From contig OZ244922.1 in assembly GCA_965221905.1 (NCBI GenBank), positions 1,472,001-1,536,000 on the forward strand: DNA of 64,000 nt, in the 5' to 3' direction. The notes beneath the pieces were generated by a model. The model did not search any database, was not told the DNA's origin, and saw only the letters and a program-made list of their open reading frames with translations. The stretch comes from Chloroflexota bacterium. GTDB lineage: Bacteria; Chloroflexota; UBA11872; VXOZ01. Below are positions 48,044 to 57,619 of this stretch, one piece after another. The position numbers and the translations under genes were made by a program. How positions within the stretch are numbered: position 1 is the first letter of the stretch; each line of letters begins with the position of its first letter.

Positions 48044-50050
48044 ATGGCATACCGTCCCCCTGAGAAGCTGATCGTATTCGGTATTGACGGTCCAATCTTG
48101 CCCACGCTGCAGCGGCTGATGCGCGAAGGCCGCATGCCGTTCATGCAGAAACTCGTTGCAGGCGGCACGTGGGCGGATAGCTGTTTGGTGCCGTATCCAA
48201 CGATTACGCCGCCGAATTGGACGACAATTGCGACTGGAGCCTCGGCCGGACGGACGGGCTTCACCGACTTCAACGTCCACTGGAAAGGGGAACCAATCGG
48301 CCAAACCCACGCTGCTTTTGACTCTCGTTGGCACACGGCAGAATACCTGTGGGAAGCGGCTGAGAAGGTGGGGAAGCTGTCGATTGTGATTAATTGGCCT
48401 TCTACCTGGCCGGCGCGCATGCAAGACGGTTGGCAAATCGCCGGCTATGGGTTGTCCGTCAATGAATGGCACGACCATCCCACCTTCCACCACGCCTATA
48501 CTTTTTCAGGCGATGCGCTCTTTTCCACAGACGATTTTGTAGAAGGAACGTTGGTTGAAGTAGATGAGGTCGAGGACTGGCAAGGAATCGAATCAGGGGT
48601 GGAATACCTTGAAGCCGAACTGCAGTGGCGCTTCCGGTACCCCAAGTACACGATGGAACCGCTTTCGTGGCACGTGCTCTTGGAAGCTGACACGCAGGGC
48701 AACTTTACCACTGCCCACGTCTGCGAGGAGCGCGACCGCGATACCGCCATGTGCTCGTTGCAGGTCGGTGAATGGTCGGAATACATCGTGCGCGAGTTTG
48801 CGAGCGAGGAGTTGGGCAAGACCGAGGCAGTCTTTCGCATGAAGCTGCTGGAGTTGTCGGCAGATGGCGAGACGGTAACTCTCTTCGTGACCCCGCTCTG
48901 CCAGATTGACGGCTGGACCCATCCGGAGGGCTTGGACCGCGAAATCCACGAAAATGGGCACTGCCGTGGGCTGCCGGCTCCGTACCTTGGATTGCGCACT
49001 TTCCGCATGGGCTGGTTCGACGCCGATACGTTCATCGAGCTCTGCGACATGCACCATCAGTGGTTTGCCGATGCTGCGCGCTACCTGATGCGTCGCGCTG
49101 ACAGCAGCGCGCAAGAGCCCTGGGACCTTTTCTTCATCCACATTCATACGCCGGACTACTTCTACCATTTGTTTGCCAGCGAAGTTGACCCGGCGCTCAA
49201 CCGCGATGCAGAGAGCCTCAGACATTGGCAGGAAGTCGAGGCCCGGATGTACGAGAGCCTGGATCGGGCCTTCGCCGACATGGCGGAAGCTGCGCCGCGC
49301 CGGACGCTCTATGCCTACGTCTCCGATCACGGCGCGAAGGCGAACGGATACAAGTGCAACCCCGGCCAGATTCTCATTGACGCAGGGCTTACGGTCCTTG
49401 CCGAAGAGGAAGACCCTGATGCTGTGGCGCACTTTGCGGCGTATACTGGGCGCAAGCAGGTGGATTGGTCGAAAACCCGCGCGGCCGCGAGCGGATCGTC
49501 CTACATCTGGGTCAACTTGAAGGGACGGGATCCAGAGGGGATCGTTGAACCGGAAGACTACGTCTCGGTGCAGAATGAGGTAATCAAAGCCTTGTACGAC
49601 TATACCGATCCGGAGACCGGCCTTAAGCCGATCGGCTTCGCTTTCAAGAAGCAGAACGCGAGATTCCTGGATTTGTACGGCGACAATACCGGCGACGTTG
49701 TGTTCTGCTACGCCGATGAGTACGGCTCCCAGCACGGACCGCAGTTTCCTTCCGCTACCGACGGCATGGGCGATATGCGCGGCCTCTTTGCGCTCTCGGG
49801 GCCGGGTGTGAAGAAAGGCCACGTGCTGGAGCGCAACGTCAGCCTCAAAGACCTCGTGCCCACGGTCTGTTACCTCATGGACCTGCCGGTACCTGCCGAT
49901 TGCGAAGGCGCCGTGGTCTACCAGGCGCTCGACGACCCGGACGCTCCCCTCAAAGAGCGCATGCGCCTCCAGCACCATGTGGACGTGCTCTCCGGCGTGG
50001 CGGAATCAGAAGCGGCGATGACTCATACGTACCACAAAGCGGAGGGCTGA
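48044..50050 (+). CDS. Alkaline phosphatase superfamily (nucleotide pyrophosphatase/phosphodiesterase) protein
   Basis: GIDG, PTITxPNW, PDxxxH, SDHG, and a late HG motif. Confidence 0.85.
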   Translation: MAYRPPEKLIVFGIDGPILPTLQRLMREGRMPFMQKLVAGGTWADSCLVPYPTITPPNWTTIATGASAGRTGFTDFNVHWKGEPIGQTHAAFDSRWHTAEYLWEAAEKVGKLSIVINWPSTWPARMQDGWQIAGYGLSVNEWHDHPTFHHAYTFSGDALFSTDDFVEGTLVEVDEVEDWQGIESGVEYLEAELQWRFRYPKYTMEPLSWHVLLEADTQGNFTTAHVCEERDRDTAMCSLQVGEWSEYIVREFASEELGKTEAVFRMKLLELSADGETVTLFVTPLCQIDGWTHPEGLDREIHENGHCRGLPAPYLGLRTFRMGWFDADTFIELCDMHHQWFADAARYLMRRADSSAQEPWDLFFIHIHTPDYFYHLFASEVDPALNRDAESLRHWQEVEARMYESLDRAFADMAEAAPRRTLYAYVSDHGAKANGYKCNPGQILIDAGLTVLAEEEDPDAVAHFAAYTGRKQVDWSKTRAAASGSSYIWVNLKGRDPEGIVEPEDYVSVQNEVIKALYDYTDPETGLKPIGFAFKKQNARFLDLYGDNTGDVVFCYADEYGSQHGPQFPSATDGMGDMRGLFALSGPGVKKGHVLERNVSLKDLVPTVCYLMDLPVPADCEGAVVYQALDDPDAPLKERMRLQHHVDVLSGVAESEAAMTHTYHKAEG

Positions 50051-50118
50051 TAGCGCAGAGGGCTATCTGTGAAAACTACTCAGGTTCGCTTAGGTAGACC
50101 CGGTATAGGCTATGCGCT

Positions 50119-51426
50119 CCGGTAGCGCAGGTTTGCAACCTGCGAAAACTTGAACTGCAAGCGAATATCCAACTGTGCTTCTTGGCACTGAGCGTGTGAG
50201 AAAACGTTGGGGCCATGATGGGAAGTAAAGGGCCTCTCCATCCCGGTAGCGCAGGTTTGCAACCTGCGAATTCTCGAGCTGCAAGCGAACATATATCTGT
50301 GTATTGGAACCGTGTATGCAAGAAAGCGTTTTATGCACGATGAGACGCAAGGAGCCTCTTCATTCCGGTAGCGCAGGCTTGCATCCTGCGCAAGCGACAC
50401 TCGCGATCAAGAAGAGGAATCTTCCCCACTGGCAGTTGGGCGGCTCTACTTACTTCCTTACCTTTCACCTTCATTCTAGTGTCAGACCCAATTTAAGCAT
50501 GGGAGAGCGTGCTGTAGTGAAGCAGGCTGTTCTTCATTGGCATCAAGTGAAATGGCGCGTGCACGTGCTAACTGTGATGCCGGACCATGCGCATGTACTT
50601 GCATCTCCTCTGCTTTCCGGTCCAAACGAGTGGTATTCTCTAAGTGGGATCATGCATAGCGTAAAGCGGCACAGCGCTCGCCAAATCAACCTCGTCCGAG
50701 GCCGGCAGGGCAAACTGTGGCAAGCTGAAACCTATGATCGAATCGTAAGAGATGAGGCTGAATTTGATGAGAAGTCACGGTACGTTCTTGCCAATGCGCT
50801 GAGACGTGGCTTGGTGGAAGACCCGTGGAAGTATGATGGGTTTTGGTGTGAATCTATGGCTTGATGGGGTCACCGCAGGTTGCAAACCTGCGCTACCGGA
50901 GAAATTCCTTGCTTCTCGCACGCAATAGTGAGGGACTTTCCTGATTCGTTGGGATTGCTATGGCGCGCACAGGATGCAGGTTGCAATCCTGCGCTACTGG
51001 AGAAAATCCTTGCTGTTAGCGCGCTATAGTGGGGCCTCTTCCGATTCGCTGAGATTCTGATTGCGTGCGCATAGGACGCAGGTTACAAACCTGCGCTACC
51101 GGAGAAGCTGCTTCCCACCGCTGGCGAGTTAGGACAGGTGGGCCACTCCAATGCGGTGATGTGATGAAACTGTGTGCGCAGGAGACGCAGGTTACAATCC
51201 TACGCTACCGGGCAAGCCGTTCTCATGCAGCTATCGCGTCATGGCTGGTGGGGTTCTTCGTTTTGATGGGAGAGTAAAGTATGCGGGTATGGCGCAGGTT
51301 ACAAACCTACGCTACCGGGCAAGCCGTTCTCATGCAGCTATCGCGTCATGGCTGGTGGGGTTCTTCGTTTTGATGGGGAGGGTAAAGTATGCGGGTATGG
51401 CGCAGGTTATAAACCTACGCTACCGG
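50119..51426. repeat. GTAG-family REP cluster around the RAYT gene: 3 copies upstream (+) and 6 downstream (-)
   Basis: CCGGTAGCGCAGGTTTGCAACCTGCG-like copies at about 50119, 50243, 50365; inverted copies at 50874, 50975, 51077, 51186, 51293, 51401. Confidence 0.9.
50340..50864 (+). CDS. REP-associated tyrosine transposase (RAYT, IS200-like HUH/Y1); start uncertain
   Basis: LPHW..TYFLTF, MPDHxH (HUH), WQ..YD..R, Y...N; flanked by REPs. Confidence 0.88.
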   Translation: MRRKEPLHSGSAGLHPAQATLAIKKRNLPHWQLGGSTYFLTFHLHSSVRPNLSMGERAVVKQAVLHWHQVKWRVHVLTVMPDHAHVLASPLLSGPNEWYSLSGIMHSVKRHSARQINLVRGRQGKLWQAETYDRIVRDEAEFDEKSRYVLANALRRGLVEDPWKYDGFWCESMA

Positions 51427-51495
51427 AGTAACCGTTTCTCAGCAGCTAGCGCGCTGTAGTGGGTAGAGTCTAAATTCTGTAGGGGAAAGAAGAGA

Positions 51496-52242
51496 ATGAA
51501 GAATCAAGATAGTTCGGGTCGTATGGCGGGGAAGGTTGCGGTGATTGCGGGGGCCGGTGGCGGCATGGGAAGCGCAACGCCGTTACGATTTGCCCACGAA
51601 GGTGCAAAGGTGCTCTTGGTAGCGCGACGCGCGGAGCCGCTGGCGGTGCTCGCAAAAGAGATCAATGAGCGCGGGGGTGAGGCGGCAATTGCCACTGCCG
51701 ACTTGGCGACGCCCACAGGGGCGGCTGCAATGGCCCAGGCCGCTCTAGATCGCTGGGGCCGCATCGACGTGCTCTTCGACAACATCGGCGACTATGCTTA
51801 CGGCGGTCAGAAACTGCACGAGACGGCGCCAGATCAATGGCGGTATTTGCTCTCAATCAACCTCGACACGGCCTACTATTGCACGCATGCGGTACTACCG
51901 TCGATGGTGGCGCAAGGCAGCGGATCGATTCTCCTGGTCGCCGCAGCCTCGCGCACGCGCCGGGAGGCAAACGTTGGGTATGCGGCGGGAAAAGAGGCGC
52001 TGGTCGGACTGACCCGCACCTTGGCACGGGAGTATCGTGAAAACGGTATCCGCGTGAACTGCATCTGTCCCGGCGCTATTGGCGATTCGCGCGGCGCGGA
52101 AGATGCGGGGCTGCCACCGGCAGCGCTTGACCGCGACGGCCATCCGGCTGACGTAGCGCATTCAGCAGTGTACTTGGCCTCAGATGAAGCGGCGTGGGTC
52201 ACCGGTCAGTGCTTGGACGTTGACGGCGGCGATTCGCTTTGA
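51496..52242 (+). CDS. Short-chain dehydrogenase/reductase
   Basis: GAGGGMG, YAAGK, IRVNCICPG. Confidence 0.9.
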   Translation: MKNQDSSGRMAGKVAVIAGAGGGMGSATPLRFAHEGAKVLLVARRAEPLAVLAKEINERGGEAAIATADLATPTGAAAMAQAALDRWGRIDVLFDNIGDYAYGGQKLHETAPDQWRYLLSINLDTAYYCTHAVLPSMVAQGSGSILLVAAASRTRREANVGYAAGKEALVGLTRTLAREYRENGIRVNCICPGAIGDSRGAEDAGLPPAALDRDGHPADVAHSAVYLASDEAAWVTGQCLDVDGGDSL

Positions 52243-52290
52243 GCTGCGGCTGAAGGTCCAAGACGATCTACACGTGGGGCAGCTCCGCTC

Positions 52291-53682
52291 TCATGATTTA
52301 GCGTGGGCGAGGATGCGTTCCACCTGGTAGCCAAGTCCGGTCCCGGTGAGCGTTTCCGTGCTGGCAACGCCGTTTCGCACGTTCGCAATGCGGGGGTGGA
52401 CGGCGGCCACGGCGCTATTCGAGGCTGGGAAGAACTGGCGCGAGTTGCACTCCACGCCTTTCATCGGATTGATGCGCGCCGCAAAACCTAAAGAATGGAC
52501 CAGCGAGAGATCGGGATTGGTCAGGTCCTGCACCGTATATGGCAAACCGTCGTGGGTCGCCAGCGCGGTGAAGAGCAAGCTATGGGAATGGCCTTTGCAG
52601 ACCTTGAGCGCGATGCCGGACCAGCCGAGTTCCTTGGCGCGTTCGTACTGCCGGTGGTTATAAAGACTTTCATCCATGATGACCGGCTTGAGTTTATCAA
52701 TGCCGTCCATGCGGAACGGAGCTTTGTCCAGGTCGCGGTGGGTCGGCTGCTCGACGTAGAGCAAGGCATCGTATGCCGCCGGCGACTGCTCGCGCACCCG
52801 CTCCAAGTACTCGACCATATAGTCCGGTGTCTCGCAGATCTCGTTGGTATCGGCAGTGAGGTAGATTTCTTCCTTGCCCTGCTTGGCCAGCGCCTCTTTG
52901 CCAATGGCGTATACGTCCAGCGTGCGTTGCACGTCCCATTCCATGTCATTGCCCAAGAGTTTGATTTTCAGGCAGTAGACGCCGTCCCGGGCGATCCATT
53001 GGTCGAGCGAGACCGGTTCGCCATCGTCCGGATCATCGGCAGTGATTTCGTGCTCCCACAGCTTGTCGAGGCCGCCGACGAGATGAAACACGGGAAGTTC
53101 GGCGACGTAGGCAGGGCGCACGTAGTCGTCAAGATACTGTCCTTTGAACTCCGGCCCGAGGTAGGCGCTCAGGTCTTCCGCCATGAACTCATCGGAGTAG
53201 CCGTCGTAGCTTGAAATACCGTTCACGTTGCCGAAAGCATCATGGAGCGCGCCGTCGAAGGGCGAGCCGCAAACAAGCGAGGCCAGCACGGGCACCGGCT
53301 CGGCAAGCTGCATGGCACGGCTGGTCTCGGTGGCATTGCTGAGGAGGGCGGGCTCGGTCTTGAGCGCAATATCGATGGGATGGGCGTAGGTGTTGTGTCC
53401 TTCCAGGGACTTCGCATAGCGTTCCACAACCTGGCGCATTGCGGAATCACGGTCGAGGGCGTCTACCGCGTCGGTAGGCCAGGCCCAGCCGATAGCCAGA
53501 AACATGCTGCCCCAGCCTTCCGCCACCTGGCCGGCGCGGTTTTCAACCGCCACGCGCACGCGCACGTGTGTGGCTTCTTCCATGGTGACACCGCCGAACT
53601 TCAGCGGTGTCCGCGCGCGCTCGTCAGTGAAGTACGTCTCAACTTCGCGGATGCGAATATCGGATAATAGCTGCGCCGCCAT
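52291..53682 (-). CDS. Enolase superfamily (mandelate racemase-like) enzyme
   Basis: KIK, D.NE, EQP, DES, ALK.CK motifs. Confidence 0.8.
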   Translation of the reverse strand: MAAQLLSDIRIREVETYFTDERARTPLKFGGVTMEEATHVRVRVAVENRAGQVAEGWGSMFLAIGWAWPTDAVDALDRDSAMRQVVERYAKSLEGHNTYAHPIDIALKTEPALLSNATETSRAMQLAEPVPVLASLVCGSPFDGALHDAFGNVNGISSYDGYSDEFMAEDLSAYLGPEFKGQYLDDYVRPAYVAELPVFHLVGGLDKLWEHEITADDPDDGEPVSLDQWIARDGVYCLKIKLLGNDMEWDVQRTLDVYAIGKEALAKQGKEEIYLTADTNEICETPDYMVEYLERVREQSPAAYDALLYVEQPTHRDLDKAPFRMDGIDKLKPVIMDESLYNHRQYERAKELGWSGIALKVCKGHSHSLLFTALATHDGLPYTVQDLTNPDLSLVHSLGFAARINPMKGVECNSRQFFPASNSAVAAVHPRIANVRNGVASTETLTGTGLGYQVERILAHAKS

Positions 53683-53723
53683 GCTTAAGTACCCTTTCAC
53701 CTTGATTATGCCCCGATGTTTCA

Positions 53724-53997
53724 CCCTCACCCTAGCCCTCTCCCTCGGGAGACTTTTGCGTAACTTCCGCCAGAGGCGCAAGAATTACTCCCTGTCCATG
53801 GGGAGAGAGGGCCGGGGTGAGGGGATTCCTGCTTATCCTGTCCTTTCAACCTCTAAGACCTATACGTAAGTGTGCAAAATTGGTGAGAACGGCCCTGATT
53901 GTGGGGATTCCCCCTCACCCTAACCCTCTCCCGCCGGGAGAGGGGACTTTCTCGCCTCGGCAAGGGTTATGCAAAGGTCTCCTCGGGGAGAGGGGAC
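53724..53997. repeat. CCCTCACCC...CCCTCTCC-type REP-like palindrome interrupted by a MITE
   Basis: Removing 53749-53981 and one CTCGG regenerates CCCTCACCCTAGCCCTCTCC-CTCGG-GGAGAGGGGAC. Confidence 0.75.
53749..53981. mobile_element. 233-bp non-autonomous MITE
   Basis: TIRs GAGACTTTTGCGTAAC / GTTATGCAAAGGTCTC (14/16); direct repeat CTCGG at 53744-53748 and 53982-53986. Confidence 0.75.
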
Positions 53998-54041
53998 AAA
54001 CGCGGAGCTTCGCTTAATCGAGTCAGCCGCTCCTAATATTC

Positions 54042-55328
54042 TTAGCTCATTCCCAGTGCGTTCGTGCGTGGGGCGTCGATCATCTCGTCACGGAACATGA
54101 CCTTGCCGCCCACTATCGTAAGCTTCACGTTGGCCATCGCCTTAATGTCGGCGAGCGGGTTGCCCTCCACTGCGATTACGTCGGCTATCTTGCCTGTTTC
54201 CAGAGTGCCTCTCTCGTCAAGTACGCCCAGACCCTTCGCGGGATTGCGGGTGGCCATGAGCAGCACGTCCTTGGTTGGGATACCGAGCAATTCTACGGCG
54301 CTGCGCAGCGACACAAAGTAATCGTCGAACGGGGTATATCTTACGCCTGCATCGCTGGAGATGATTAGGTTCACACCCGATTGCCAGATTTTGCGAAACA
54401 TCTCGACGCGCTCATCCTCTAGCTTCTTGCTGGTAATTGCCATGGCCTCTCGCATGAGCTTGCTGCCGGGCAGATCGGTAATGTAGCCCCGAAACACTCC
54501 CGCGAGGGTGATCGAAGCAGTCAGGCCCTTCGCGGCTGCCGTTGCCATGGCTTCCGCATCGTAGTCGTAGCCGCCATCGGCGCCAAGCCAGACGCAATGC
54601 TCAATGGTGTCGATACCGGCCTCGATGCAATTGCGGATGCTATCAGCGGGAATGGCGTGCGCCGCCACCGGTGTATCGAGTTTGTGCGCCTCTTCCACCA
54701 CCACGCCTAGTTGCTGGGCGCTGTATTGGACCATGAGCGGGTTCGACTCGGCGGTCATATTACCGCCACTTGCGCAAATCTTGATTACGTCCGCGCCTTG
54801 CTTGATCAACGTGCGCACGGCCTTGCGCAACTCCCACTCTTCATCGGCTTCCCAACCTACGAAGTGAATGTGGCCGCCGGTTACGGTGATGGGCACGTTG
54901 CATGAGAGAATGCGCGGGCCCGCGATCCTGCCGCTGTTGATGGCGTCGCGTACCGTGGGCACAACATCACGCCGTCCGCCGAGGTCGCGCACGGTCGTCA
55001 AGCCGCCCCGCAGGCATTTCTGAGCGTTTGCTGCCGTGCGGAGCACCTGCTGCATGTCAGTCTCGCGGCCAATCTCGTCTATGACTTCCTCGTGATTCCG
55101 GCCTGCGGTAAAGGTCAGGTGCGTGTGTCCGTCGAGCATGCCGGGCATCAAGGTGTGACCGGGGAACTCTTCAATGATCGCGCCTTCCAGATGGCTCTGG
55201 CCGAGATCCGACGCCGGGCCCACGTACGTAATGCGATCATCTTCTAACGCGACTGCAGCCTGCGCGATGAGATCTGCGCCGGTAGCGGTGAAGGCCCAGT
55301 CGGCTTTGAGGACTCTCTTCTGGCTCAC
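54042..55328 (-). CDS. Metal-dependent amidohydrolase
   Basis: PG..DxHxH, IK..SGG, AHA, IEH, SDAG, GKxAD. Confidence 0.88.
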   Translation of the reverse strand: MSQKRVLKADWAFTATGADLIAQAAVALEDDRITYVGPASDLGQSHLEGAIIEEFPGHTLMPGMLDGHTHLTFTAGRNHEEVIDEIGRETDMQQVLRTAANAQKCLRGGLTTVRDLGGRRDVVPTVRDAINSGRIAGPRILSCNVPITVTGGHIHFVGWEADEEWELRKAVRTLIKQGADVIKICASGGNMTAESNPLMVQYSAQQLGVVVEEAHKLDTPVAAHAIPADSIRNCIEAGIDTIEHCVWLGADGGYDYDAEAMATAAAKGLTASITLAGVFRGYITDLPGSKLMREAMAITSKKLEDERVEMFRKIWQSGVNLIISSDAGVRYTPFDDYFVSLRSAVELLGIPTKDVLLMATRNPAKGLGVLDERGTLETGKIADVIAVEGNPLADIKAMANVKLTIVGGKVMFRDEMIDAPRTNALGMS

Positions 55329-56116
55329 GAGGCATCCCTTTCTGGATAAAACACACGCACCCCTGGTGTGAGGATGAGCGGTTGCACGCTTCCTCCTTCC
55401 CCAATGAGTGCGCGGGTGAAGTCTGCGGGATCAGCGGTGTTATTTGCAAACATATTGTAATGCGTCGGTACGGCGGTTTGGGCGCGCAACAATGTGGCGA
55501 GATGAGCGGCCTCCGGCGCCGACATGTTTCCCCAGCGTCCGTTGATGCAGATGAAGGACAGGTGGGGTTGAAGGCTGGCGATCCCTTCCATCCGCGCGTG
55601 ATAGATTGTATCACCGCTGATGTATACGCGTAGACTACCAAAATCAATTACATACCCGACGGCATCAGGCGCGTCATCGGGGTCTCCCCAAACGTGGTTA
55701 GCAAAGGTGGCATGAATGCGGACGCTGCCGCTATGGAGCACGTCGTCGTGGTTGAGCGTGTACGTCTGGCTGGCGGGGATGCCGAGATCACGCATACCGC
55801 TGGTGCATGAGGAAGGGCCGACGAAGAGAGCCGTCGCGTTGTAGCGCGCGATTACCGGAAAGGCATCTGGGTCCAGATGATCGGCGTGATTGTGAGTGGC
55901 GAGCACGAAGTCGGCCTGCACCGCAGCCGCCTCAAGCGGCGGTGAGATTAGGCGTTCAAGCCCGTAGAGTTGGTTGCAGGCATCGCCAAGGTAGGGATCG
56001 ACGTAGACAACTGTGCCCCGGCTCGATTTGAAGACAACACCCGCTTGCCCCAGACTCCACACGGCAAGAGTGTCTTGCGGCACGCACGTGCTCTTGATCT
56101 CTGCAGCGATACTCAC
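55325..56116 (-). CDS. Metallo-beta-lactamase fold hydrolase (UlaG-like)
   Basis: WxLGQAG, DPYL, THNHADHLD, SGDT, PxHY. Confidence 0.85.
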   Translation of the reverse strand: MSIAAEIKSTCVPQDTLAVWSLGQAGVVFKSSRGTVVYVDPYLGDACNQLYGLERLISPPLEAAAVQADFVLATHNHADHLDPDAFPVIARYNATALFVGPSSCTSGMRDLGIPASQTYTLNHDDVLHSGSVRIHATFANHVWGDPDDAPDAVGYVIDFGSLRVYISGDTIYHARMEGIASLQPHLSFICINGRWGNMSAPEAAHLATLLRAQTAVPTHYNMFANNTADPADFTRALIGEGGSVQPLILTPGVRVFYPERDAS

Positions 56117-56362
56117 CGCTCTCGCCTTTCAGCCCCATGCTTGAAGCGCTCTATGCCGTGTTATTGTAGCAGTCGCGCGGCCTTACGGCTACGTAGCGTG
56201 CACGCCGGTTAGGAGGTGGTGTGACCGTTGGCATCCAGACAGTTCGTGTAGTTGATGACGAGCATCCTGACAGGGAGTTGACGGTTACGAGTGCACTTTG
56301 CAGATACTCGGTTTCAAATACGAACGCGAGCGTGCTGCGCGTTTCTCTCTCGCACAAAGTCA

Positions 56363-56388
56363 GAGGCGCGGGGACGGTCCCGCGCCTC
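56363..56388 (-). terminator. Probable sod terminator hairpin
   Basis: GAGGCGCGGG...CCCGCGCCTC inverted repeat downstream of sod. Confidence 0.5.
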
Positions 56389-56444
56389 ATGCGTTCTTCT
56401 TGAAGTGTAGTGTCCGCTATACAAGACCGGAAAGTCATTCCGTC

Positions 56445-57050
56445 CTAGCGGGATGCCAAGGTCGCCTTGGCGGCCTGGTAACGCGCATTTACGGAATCCC
56501 AGTCCACGTTCTTTAGCAGTGCCGTGATGTACGACCCACGATCGCTGCCGTAGTCCATGAAATAGGCGTGCTCGTACGTGTCGATTGTCCATAGGGGCAC
56601 TGTGCCCCAAACGCCGCCTTGGTTATGCACGTCGCACAGGAAGTTATGGATCCTGCCGTCGGTGGGATCGAGCGCGGTGACCATCCAACCGCGCGCGGCC
56701 ATGGCGCAAGCACGTGCATCCTCGATGAAGGCGTCCCAGGACCCGAAGTCCTCGGCGATCTTATCCGCCAAGTCACCGCCGGCTTTGCCGTTGCCACCGA
56801 GCGTATCGAAATAGAGTTCATGCAAAATCTGGCCGTCTGCGGCAAAGGTCTCTTCCAGTTTCAAGGCGCGGTAGGCACTGTATGCCTGGTTGGCCTTGGA
56901 CCGGTCAACGCCCTTGAGACCTTCCTCGATCTCGTTGCGCTTATTGACATAACCCGCGTAAAGGGTGTCATGGTGAACGGTAACAGTCTTTTCCGAAATA
57001 CCGTCAAGTGCGTCTTTGCCGAATTTTAGGTCCTGCACAGTAAAGGCCAT
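56445..57050 (-). CDS. sod: Fe/Mn superoxide dismutase
   Basis: HH..Y.GYV, HELYF, FGSW..F, DxYEHAY. Confidence 0.9.
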   Translation of the reverse strand: MAFTVQDLKFGKDALDGISEKTVTVHHDTLYAGYVNKRNEIEEGLKGVDRSKANQAYSAYRALKLEETFAADGQILHELYFDTLGGNGKAGGDLADKIAEDFGSWDAFIEDARACAMAARGWMVTALDPTDGRIHNFLCDVHNQGGVWGTVPLWTIDTYEHAYFMDYGSDRGSYITALLKNVDWDSVNARYQAAKATLASR

Positions 57051-57257
57051 GGTTGATGCTCCCTATTGTCTAAAAACCTCTGTCGCAGTAAACGAATCCC
57101 GATAGGACGAATCATAGTCTTATTGGGAGTAAGACTACCATACTTCCGGCAATTAGTGAAGAAATCGGGGCGGGCGTAGGTGGCGCTCCAAGAAATAGAT
57201 CGGGTGCGTGAGCTGCTACTCTCGCCTTGAGACGTTCGCAGTGCCGTCCGATCATGC

Positions 57258-57576
57258 TTCGACAAGCTCAGCACGAACGGGAGATGGGGCGTGGTTCGAC
57301 AAGCTCAGCACGAATGGGTGATGGGGCTTGTTTCGACAAGCGCAGCACGAACGGGCGATGGGGCATGTTTCGACAAGCTCAGCACGAACGGATGATGTGA
57401 CTTGCTTCGACAGGATCAGCACGAATGGGTGATAGGGCTAGTTTCGACAGGAGCAGCACGAACGGGCGAGGGGGCTAGTTTCGACAAGCTCAGCGCGAAC
57501 TGGTGGTGGGGCTTGTATCGATAGGCACAGCACGAACGGGTGATGGGGCTTGTTTCGAGAGGTTCAGCATGAACGG
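57258..57576 (+). repeat. Tandem array of 37-bp units (8 full, 1 partial)
   Basis: Consensus TTCGACAAGCTCAGCACGAACGGGTGATGGGGCTTGT; period exactly 37. Confidence 0.92.
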
Positions 57577-57619
57577 AAACTCCAGCAAACCGTAACAGCC
57601 GAAAGGGCCTGTGCAGGGC

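Noticed and set aside
48593-49978. 461-aa antisense ORF (and similar long shadow ORFs over ilvB, sufS, the enolase-family gene and acs)
   Set aside because: They lie opposite well-supported genes, have no motifs, and are expected from GC-rich codon bias.
50874-51426. CRISPR array
   Set aside because: Spacers are about 75-83 nt and duplicated; the repeats are GTAG-REPs next to a RAYT.
53683-53781. N-terminal extension of the enolase-family ORF in the ORF track
   Set aside because: It runs into the REP/MITE; ATG 53682 with an upstream purine-rich RBS is more plausible.
57258-57576. CRISPR array
   Set aside because: Linkers are only 14 nt and resemble each other, the repeats are degenerate, and there are no cas genes.
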